From positions 1,196,088 through 1,260,087 of the forward strand of contig NW_002060958.1 of the NCBI RefSeq assembly GCF_000150275.1: DNA of 64,000 bases. The letters are read 5' to 3'. This DNA comes from Trichoplax adhaerens. Its lineage: Eukaryota > Animalia > Placozoa. This document shows, piece by piece, positions 54,864 through 64,000 of this stretch. The notes beneath the pieces were generated by a model that had not been told where the DNA came from, searched no databases, and saw only the letters and a program-made list of their open reading frames with translations. How positions within the stretch are numbered: the stretch's first letter is position 1; each line of letters opens with the position of its first letter. The translations under genes were made by a program, and so were the position numbers.

Positions 54864-56700
54864 ATGGATGAAGGATCTGCGGAATTTGAGGTTGAAGAAA
54901 TTGTCGATGATAAAATTATTAATGGGGTTCAATATTATATGGTGAAATGGCTTGACTATTCAACTACGGAAAATACGTGGGAGCCTGCGGATGGTTTAAG
55001 TAATTGTCAGGAAATTATTAATGAGTACCGGGAACAAAAGTCTCACGTAGAAAAAAAGACCATAAGTGCTAGTAGTCGTCGATCGTCAGGTAGTGTAAAA
55101 GTGAAGACAGTAATTCACTAAGATAATGAAACTAAAATAAATCGATTATGTAATAGCCGCAGTAAAATAGGTATGCAGATTTTTAAGTTACTGCTGTGTG
55201 AGGTTAGCTGTTATAGCTTAATAAATCAACGTCATCTCGGTAACTTAAAACTTATCTGTAATGATAAAGATTAAATTATGTTGATTCTCTTTATGTGGTA
55301 AATAAATTTAATTGACCAGGTTACGCTGACTCAGTAAAAGTGGATTTGTATTGTAAGAGACTAATATGAATACATACTTGTTTTTGTAAGGATCGGATAG
55401 TATAATTACTAGCAAAAGAGCCGCATCAGATAACAACTCTATTTCCAGTAGTAAGAATGTGAAAAGAAAGAAAGTCTCCAGCGATAGTCGATCCTTGAAT
55501 GAAAAGGTAACATTTTAGCTATTTTTAGTTACGTTATTTCATTACCAATTGGCATTACTATTGTACTTTACCTTCTTAAGACAAGTACTTTGGCATCACT
55601 TAGATACTCCCTCGTAACAGTCTTTAACAATGTACTAATGTCAGTCCCTACTATCCATTTTATGCTGATAATTCATCATCTTCTGCTATGAATAAACGGT
55701 ATTTACCACGCGTAATTAGATTCATGACATGTTCATTCTTTGGAGTTATGTCCACGGTTGCATATATACTGTAGACTCTTTCTCCGGCGATGTTCCGCAA
55801 ATTATCTAAATACGCGTATAATGATGCTAGCTGTTATAGCTAATTAAGATTCAATTAGCATATTTGAATTTTGGCGAAGAGTTTGGAGAATTTAACTCTG
55901 TTTTATATTTAATTCCGCAAGTATGCTTGGACTCTATCGTCTTAGTAAATATAGACACCCTGATATATTGCTTTAGGAAATAAATTCACATATAGTTTAT
56001 TATTAAATATTTTAAGTAAATAGCAAATAAGGTATGAATGATGACTGCATGGTTTTGTACCTACGTACGCATAATTAGTTTATATATCAGTCATGCTCTA
56101 TATCCTAACGATCGATTGTAACGTGTATGTATTGTGTTGATAATAATTTGCACCAGATAAAAGCGAACTTGAATAACAATCATAATTCAGAAGACGAAGA
56201 TAAATTATCGGTCGATGATGATGGGGGAAGCACAAGTAATAATACGGATAAATTGCAGGCTCCTCTACTAGATATGCAAGCTGAAAGGAATAGAAATGTT
56301 AAAAGTAAGGCCAAATCCAGCGTTGGTAATCGTAACTTGGTAAAACTTAAGGGTAAAGGAAATGGAAACGAAGCCGATGCTTCAATAACAGCAACAGCGG
56401 AGAAGATTTTAGGAGCAACTAAGTCGAAAGGCAAATTATGGTTTATGGTTAAATGGTAGGTTTAGCATTCCATAATTTTGCGATTTCATTATTATGGATT
56501 TTGCTAAATGATGTATTCGAATTTGTAGGAAGAATAGCAGCAACATCTCTGTTATGCCGTCTGAGAAAATGAACAAGGCTTACCCACAATTGGTTATACA
56601 ATTTTACGAGGCTCGCATAGTTTGGCTACAAAGTTGTGAATCTAACGATTCTGACGATGGCGACATTGGCATGAGTAACCAGAATAAATTTATACCTTGA
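54864..56700 (+). CDS. Heterochromatin protein 1 (HP1/CBX1-3-5 family), paralog A, 270 aa; exons 54864-55089, 55391-55506, 56157-56455, 56529-56700
   Basis: Chromodomain EFEVEEIVD..YYMVKWLDY...ENTWEP..L.NC, basic hinge VKRKK, chromoshadow AEKILGAT...LWFMVKWKNS...NKAYPQLVIQFYEARIVW. GT-AG introns in phases 1, 0, 2; 813 nt in frame. Confidence 0.93.
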
Positions 56701-58952
56701 GGTAAAAAAGTTGACTATCTGCAATTGCTGTTTATCGCCTAGATGACTGATAAAATCAGGCTGATTGCTATTTTCTATTTCTTACTATAGACTATGATCG
56801 TAGCTGACTAATAAGATCAACTATGCAACGGGCTGTTTTGTATCAAATGTTGCTTCTGTAGTTATAATGTTTCGGTCTTACTAGCAACATATATCGGTTG
56901 CATTGGTGACTTAATGCTGGTCAGTATTGTAATTTTCGTATTCTCAATGCTGTACTTAACATAATGTTGACGTTTTTGCTCGTTTCCGAGCATGGTATTG
57001 AGATATTGACACTTATTGATGACTCCGTCAGTATTAGTATTGTATATTAATCATCATTATACTTGGGCTGATACCTTTACACTTTTGTTAATTCGAATAT
57101 GATTTTGAGTTTTTTGATGTGCTCGTACTTGCATATCTTTAATGTTATACTAATGATGGTTACTGTAAATTTTACGAAGTTAACTGTAAGTTCTTGAACT
57201 ACGTTACTTGAATGACTAAACTTTTTTGTCAACAATTTTTACTAATGTTCTAAACAAAAAATTCCGTTCATACTTTATTTAACTAAAATCTAACGTGATA
57301 CGTTTGAAATCCACTCGTGTCCAAACATGTACAGTACATGTAAATATCTAATTTTTTATTTATACTTATTCGAGCAATAAATCGTTGTAGTCAATACATG
57401 ACATTCGTTACCAGCTAATTATAGGTGTCGTAATTGTGGATGTGTGACAATCTTATTGCTAAATATGCATGGGATTACAATGGGGACTTTATACTGTACA
57501 AAACATAGGTGTGGCTACCAGCTAAAGGCTTCATTGGGCACCTATTCTGTCGCTTTTGGTTGGAATACTTAATCAAGTCTGTAGTATCCTATTGTTGATG
57601 AAAAGTTATTATAGATTAAAACGTTACAGTGGTACATGAAAGATATACTTTTGAAATATGTGAGAAAACTAGGTCTGCATGCAGGCGATCGTAGAAAGAT
57701 ACTTGCCTGTAAGGGTAGAATACTATAATTTCGAGATCTACAATATATCGAAGGTATATTTGTATATCAAGCACCTTATTACATAATATCTATGCCACGG
57801 TGGCATAAACCTCTGGGATACTTGTATTTAATAGATCTTACTTACGTACTGTAGGTTTAATGGGATCACTAACTTATCAGTCTTTTTAAGATGAAGTATT
57901 AGTTATTAATTAATTATGTAAGAAAGGCCTAACGATAGTTTCACATATTCATGAGGGAAGAGTTAAGTTGGGTACGATATTATATGGTAAGTAAAAATTT
58001 GAATCGAAGGGTACTTTTAGTTAGCATTATTAAATATATAGAATTTTTAATCGAATTTTAAAATAATAAAGTTAATTTTCGAAAAAGTTAAATCTCTACG
58101 GTAATATAGGTGTTTCCATGATGTTTATTTATGGTGATAGGTTTGCACTATTAGTGTTCGGTTATATACTTCCAATAAATTTTACTTTCATACTGTATCA
58201 TGGATATTCATTAAATGTGGAGTCCTAAAGGCATTTTACAAGTACTGTAATTTGTAAGTTATCTTTCCATTTTATCATTAGCAATACCGTTTATTGTATG
58301 GTGCATTAATAATCAAATATTATCATTAATCAAAGGACGATTTACTGTAGTACCGAGGACAGTAGCGGTAGTAGACTGGAGTTTGGTATTTTTGCTGATA
58401 CAACTAATACTTTGGACGTTCATTAACTTTATAATTCCCTAATATAGTATTGGCGATGTCGTGGGTTTATTATTAATATTCTAATATACGCATTATTTTA
58501 TTCCATTTTGAAAATAATGATCTTTTGCTTAATATGGTATTCTAATATTGAAGTCATCATAAACGACATTGCTAGTAAGAGTTGTATCGTAATTTACGAT
58601 TTTCCAACCAGGGACTTTGCACCTGTACAATATATAAATATGCAGCACTGTATTTTGCATGGAATAACAGATCGAACAGAACTATTTTTGGAGTCTCCGT
58701 TGCTGATTTCTTATGTCTATTTATGTCTGCGTAGGTAGAATGCAAGCCATTGACGCATTGATTAAATCACTATTAAAAAAGTAACTGAAGGTTTAAAGTT
58801 ATGGTAGATTGTAGCTTTGCCCGAAATCTTTTTCGTATTCGAGTATTGCCCTGCGATGCAGATTTTGTAGCCAATTAAATGTGATTGGTAAGGAGAGAAA
58901 ATTAACTATTGGTAACTATTGGTTGTGAGTTGTAATATCCTTGAAGACAATC

Positions 58953-60500
58953 ATGGAAGGCGAGAGTGAAGAAGCTGAATTCGAAGTAGAAAAGATTATG
59001 GATCATCGTGATGTCAATGGTACAATTTTTTATTTGGTGAAATGGTGTGGTTTCCCAAATAGCGATAATACTTGGGAACCTAGGAATGGATTAGTTAATT
59101 GTCAAGAGGCCATTAAAGAGTATCACACCTCACTCAGCCTCGGTAAAAAAAGAAAACGAATGTATAAACACTTGTCTGAAGAAGTCCAAGGTCAGAATTA
59201 TCACCACATCTGGGCAACATACGATTACTAGATCGGAATTATTCGTCATCCTACTTTTATAATGTTTAACGCAAATGAAATATTCGGTCTTTTTTGATAT
59301 TGAAGCACTTTAAAGTGGATTTAAAGAATAAAAATTGAAGGTTATTTTAACGCCACGACATTGAATGTTTTCTTGCTTTTTGCAGGTGATAAAAAATCAA
59401 TGAAGATGGATCTCACTGTTAGTGTTGACGAGAATATACAATCATTAACCTGCATGCAACGTAACCAACAACTCGAACAACAGGTAAAATTATATTTTAT
59501 GCTTGGCATGTTGTTTTAGACTTTCTTTAATCTTGGCTCCACCTAATAATTATAGATACCGTAGTAAGAATTGCCTGAGCCAATATTTGCAATTACCTTG
59601 TGCATTTCCTAATATTTACGACTTAGGATTTTTCCCGAAATTGTTAAGAATGTCTCATTACCATCCACTTGCCATACTGTACGTTCCTGAAATTAAGCTT
59701 TAATTTGCCGATACAGATTTTTTTAGAAGCTGATTGCCGCTAATTCACATTACCAGTTTTTTTAATTTAAATGATTTGGCAAAGACACTTTAACACATTA
59801 AATTAATTTTAAGCTGTATAGGATTGAATATTGCAAAATTTTAAATCTAGCTCTCGTAATATCAAATCTAATACTGACATTATTTTTATTCCGTACTATA
59901 AGTTATTGTAGATCTTACGTTAACTGTATGTTATATTTTTATGACATTCCTCTGCGCTCTACACTGATGTATAGCAGATGCTATGCACAGCCTATACTAC
60001 TACTTTATACGGTGATAAAGTATCCGCATCGTCTTAGATCCCTAGTTTTTCGTTAACACGGCAGTAAATCACTAAAGTATCGAAAAATATTTTCTTCGCT
60101 AATTTTGTTGCAATTTGCAGAACTTTATGCGGATAAAATCCAAGAAGCCTGACAAGAAAGTGCTATTTGATGGCTGCTTACAGCATACAGATGCAGAAGC
60201 AGAAGAAATTGTAGCCGCCAATAACGATACAGGACGAATACGTTTTCTTGTTAAATGGTAAATAACAATAATACAATAGTAGTAGAAAAATCCTGCAATT
60301 GTGTTAATACTGAACAATGACTTAGATCTATATATTTGTTTAATCCATATTCTTTTCCGTTAAATATGGCCGTCATTTGTAGGAAAAACTGCCAGCATAT
60401 CACGATTTTACCTGCCTCAGAAGCAAACAGTAGATTTCCTTGGCTAGTGATTAAGTTTTATGAAGACAGAATCGCCTGGAAAAGTACGAAAAGTTGGTGA
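58953..60500 (+). CDS. Heterochromatin protein 1 (HP1/CBX1-3-5 family), paralog B, 196 aa; exons 58953-59190, 59386-59483, 60121-60257, 60383-60500
   Basis: Chromodomain EFEVEKIMDHR..FYLVKWCGFPNSDNTWEP..L.NC, hinge KKRKR, chromoshadow AEEIVAA...IRFLVKWKNC...EANSRFPWLVIKFYEDRIAW. GT-AG introns in phases 1, 0, 2; 591 nt in frame. Confidence 0.92.
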
Positions 60501-61069
60501 TAGAAAAGTGTTGCTTTAGCTGTAAGAGTCATTTAATTCTATGTGTATACGCAAGCATTGCCTAAGTGTATATTTCAAAATTTCGATTCCGAATAAAACT
60601 ATTGATATAAGAAGTAGATATGCACAATAGTGAGTTATCTCATGCCACAAAAATCGATGATTCGTTAATCATTTTATTTTAAAGTGTCGCAGCATATCGA
60701 GTATTGAATGTTGCACCAAAATGTGCCATGATATTGAATGTGTCACAAATTATTCTCGGCATGTAGGCATCACTGTAGTGGATAGATTTATCACGACTTT
60801 ATGACTGGAGTCCTTTCCTTTGAAAATAAATCAATTTGAGACTATGATGTACATATTACAGCATGCATATCCAATATAAAGTATCAATTTAAAATTTATT
60901 CTATAAATAATGCCACATTAACACATTTAGAAATCTTTATATTGTGTCTTTCATACATTTCAACGTTATGCAACATTGTATAAGGGAGGAACAATCTTAG
61001 TATAATACAAGCATAATGATGACAATGTGAGGATAAAACATTACTGCTATATTTTACGATCAGTCTAAA

Positions 61070-62177
61070 CTAAGAGTCTTCAAAGATGGTATGTTGAGCA
61101 GTCTTCATTTGTCCAGCAGCCTGTTTGCGAAAGCATTAATATGATTGAGACATTAGATGATTAAAAGTATCCTTGGATAATAATTTTTTAGGTAGGGTCA
61201 ATTGACGGGGATTGAGTACTTATTGAGAAAGGTTTTAAAGTACAGTTAACTTGATTATTTATAATATGTATATGAGGATATCGTTTGAGCTATGTTGTGG
61301 ACAATTTATAGATTACTGTCAGTTAAAGTTATCACGAAAAAGCAATTTACTTACATAACCAGGGAATTGGTAGTCTATTCCAAGTTTTTGTAACTTTTTC
61401 CTACGAACATTTTCGGCTTTAATTAACTTATTCACTACTTTGGTGTTCTCTTGATCTGTTTTCGGCTTCATAATTTTGACAGAATGAATGAATTAATAAT
61501 TAATTAATGTCAATGATAGTACGACAAGATTAAAGCCTTAGACAAATAATACAGTAAAAATACTAGTAGTTAGTTATCCATCAAAATCAATAATCACTAT
61601 TTCGTGGTTAACTGATTGAAAAATGTCATTCCTCTGTCTTTAATAAATTTACTTACTGCATTCGCTTGTTTCTTGGCTAACTCTCTCCAGTTAATTTTGC
61701 GAAATTTTCGGTTAGCACCTTTAAAAGTTTCAGGGTGAACCGATTCGCTTTTCATTAATTGACCTATAGATATGATCAATATCGGTTACGTTTATAGGCT
61801 TGATTTAAAAATGCTAACGTAACAGTTAATTTTTTCCCTATAAATTTCATTTACACGAGTAAGAAGTGCTCGCTATTAACTAGTCCTACTTGAAATATAC
61901 AGAATAGCCCTAAGCATGTAGATCATCATTCGTACGCACATTTTAATAATCTGCCACACATCATATAATTATTCATCGTTTCCGCTACAATTGTAGCTAC
62001 ATCTTGATTCGAAAATTCGATAAATGCATAACCACGCGATCGACCGCTTCTTTTACTGCGTGATAGCCTAATTTTATTGATGTCGCCAAACTGTGAAAAG
62101 AATCCTTTCATTTCCTCTTCATAAAATCCATGAGGAATGTGTCCAACGTAGATTACACCAGGTTGTACATTATCTGC
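61070..62177 (-). CDS. NIFK: NIFK/MKI67IP (Nop15) nucleolar RRM protein, 3' part; exons 62177-61940, 61763-61657, 61465-61355, 61120-61070; 5' exon(s) not identified
   Basis: PGVIYVGHIPHGFYEEEMKGFFSQFG..RLSRSKRSGRSRGYAFIEF...VA.IVAETMNNYMMCGRLLKC, VHPETFKG and KKLQKLGIDYQFPGY are NIFK/Nop15 signatures. Splice phases are consistent. Confidence 0.92.
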
Positions 62178-62897
62178 CTATTTTATGAATTGATCACAAA
62201 CATTATGAACCTTTCTAATTCAATACCAAATTCATACCTACGGTTTAACTCTTACGATATCGTGTAATATTTAATAAATGAAATTTTTATATATATAATT
62301 ATGCGTACAAAATATGATATCGGATGTCAATACTGTATAGTATTTCTAGTAGGGTATTGACAGACCGTATAATGATTGTCCGGGGCTTAGTCTTGCGATA
62401 AGTAATGGTATTCTGAGCAACTTTAATACTAATTCAATCAAATGCTTTCATACCATGAATCCTACAGACTCTAACTATATATGTATTGATTAAAATCTCA
62501 TCAGCAGCTGTATGAACTTCGAGTTTACTGTTAGACACTCTCCTCAATGGTAGCTCCTCTTACAGTTCAGTATCATTGACTTTTGATAACTTAGACGTGA
62601 AATCAACTGCATTTCAAGAAAGTAGAAGACTTTGATAGAGGTTCTCCTGAGCTCGGCTATCCAATAAAATTGGCGACATAATAACTACTAAGGATTTTAT
62701 AGAATCCTAGTCAGCTCCTGGCTAGTCAATCTCTTCAATGGTTGGTCTCTTATGGTATGTCCGGTAGCATAGATCAACTGTAATTGTGTCCTACTTATTG
62801 AACTAAAAATGTCATAAGTATCAAGTGTACATGAAGAATTTGAAGACGTTGGTAAAACTCTTTTAAGCTCGACCTGAAGGTAAATGAATCATTTCAC

Positions 62898-63960
62898 GAT
62901 AGATTAAGCATCTTGAATATTACTAACATTCGTTCCGTTCTGTGGTCGTCAAGAACTGCAGTTACTGTGTACGTGCTCTACCAGCGAGCTCCACGGGTCG
63001 CCGTGATGGGCGGTATTCTACATAACCATACAATCAACTCTCACTACTTCTAACTTTTACATGATATCAGGTCATAATCCTGCAAAGTCAGTTAAACTCA
63101 CTCAGGTATATTTCGAGAAAGTAATCGTGCACATTCATAGCGTGATAGATTAAGCATTATGACTATTACCAGTATTAAAATAATTAGTTTAATTAGTTCC
63201 TTCCTTGGTCGTCAAGAGCTGAAGCTGCATGTGCGTTACTAGCGAGCTCCCTAGTAGCCGTGCTAGAATCAACCCTGACTACTTCTAACTTTGATATTAG
63301 GTAGATTAAGAAAGTGATCGTGCTGATGAAGATAGTGATAGATTAAGTAACTTGAATATTACCAACACTACAACAATTAGTTCCTTCCTTGGTCGTCAAG
63401 AACTACAGCTGCATGTGCGTTACTAGCGAGCTCCATAGCGGCCGTGCTGGGTAGTATTCTACATTGCCATAGAGTCAATTGCCACTACTTGAAACTTTTA
63501 CATGATATCAGGTACATTTCAAGAAAGTGATCGTGCTCATTAAGATCAGTATTCTACATTATCATAGCATCAACCCTTGCTACTTGTAATTTTTACATGA
63601 TATCAGGTATATTAATAAGAAAGTGATCGTACTCATTTACATTAGTATTCTGCATTACACTAGAATCAACAACCTTCACTATTTCTAACTTTCACATGAT
63701 ATGAAGTAAATTAAGAAAGTGATCGTGCTGATTAAGATTGTGATAGATTAAGCATCTTGAATATTACCAACATTACAACAATTAGTTTAATTAGTTCCTT
63801 CCTTGATCGTCAACAACTACAGCAGCATGTGCTTTACTAGCGAGCTCCATGGTGGCCGTACTGGGCAGTATTCTACATGACCTTAGAATCAACTGTCATT
63901 ACTTCCAACTTTTACATGATATCAGGTATATTATCAGAAAGTGATGGTGCTCATGAAGAT
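62898..63960 (+). repeat. Complex diverged tandem repeat (~190-250 bp modules with ~95 bp sub-duplications)
   Basis: gatagattaag at ~62899, 63145, 63337 and 63742; ggtcgtcaaga..agcgagctcc four times; ttttacatgatatcaggta and aagaaagtgatcgtgct recur. Confidence 0.92.
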
Positions 63961-64000
63961 TCTTCTGAGCTTAACCTTACTATAACTCAACAATATACTG

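Noticed and set aside
62690-62873. Candidate upstream NIFK exon (acceptor cttcag on the minus strand)
   Set aside because: No phase-0 donor giving a recognisable NIFK N-terminus was found.
1-64000. tRNA, rRNA or homeobox genes
   Set aside because: None recognised by eye on either strand; a covariance-model or HMM scan would be needed to exclude them formally.

Overview
AT-rich (roughly two-thirds A+T by eye) eukaryotic genomic DNA with GT-AG introns and two assembly gaps. Gene content and compactness fit an early-branching animal such as the placozoan Trichoplax, but this is inference only. The first ~31.5 kb has no recognisable coding gene, although it holds a well-spaced TATA+Inr promoter and exon-like segments near 14.5-15.6 kb. 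The rest is gene-dense: (1) a 3-exon secreted prohormone-like precursor (~273 aa) ending in GCKLGTFWFYCI, which recalls somatostatin and urotensin II; (2) a long-TIR foldback/MITE whose palindromic centre is amplified into a 63-64 bp minisatellite; (3) protoporphyrinogen oxidase (PPOX, 5 exons, 479 aa); (4) a 3x ~166-174 bp tandem repeat; (5) a CNC-bZIP factor with NFE2L1/Nrf1-like N-terminal features; (6) two tandem HP1/CBX genes with identical intron phases; (7) the 3' part of NIFK/Nop15 on the minus strand; (8) a complex tandem repeat at the right end. The CNC + HP1 adjacency mirrors the NFE2/NFE2L1/NFE2L3 + CBX5/CBX1/CBX3 pairs beside vertebrate HOX clusters. All gene models were spliced by hand and are not validated by transcripts.
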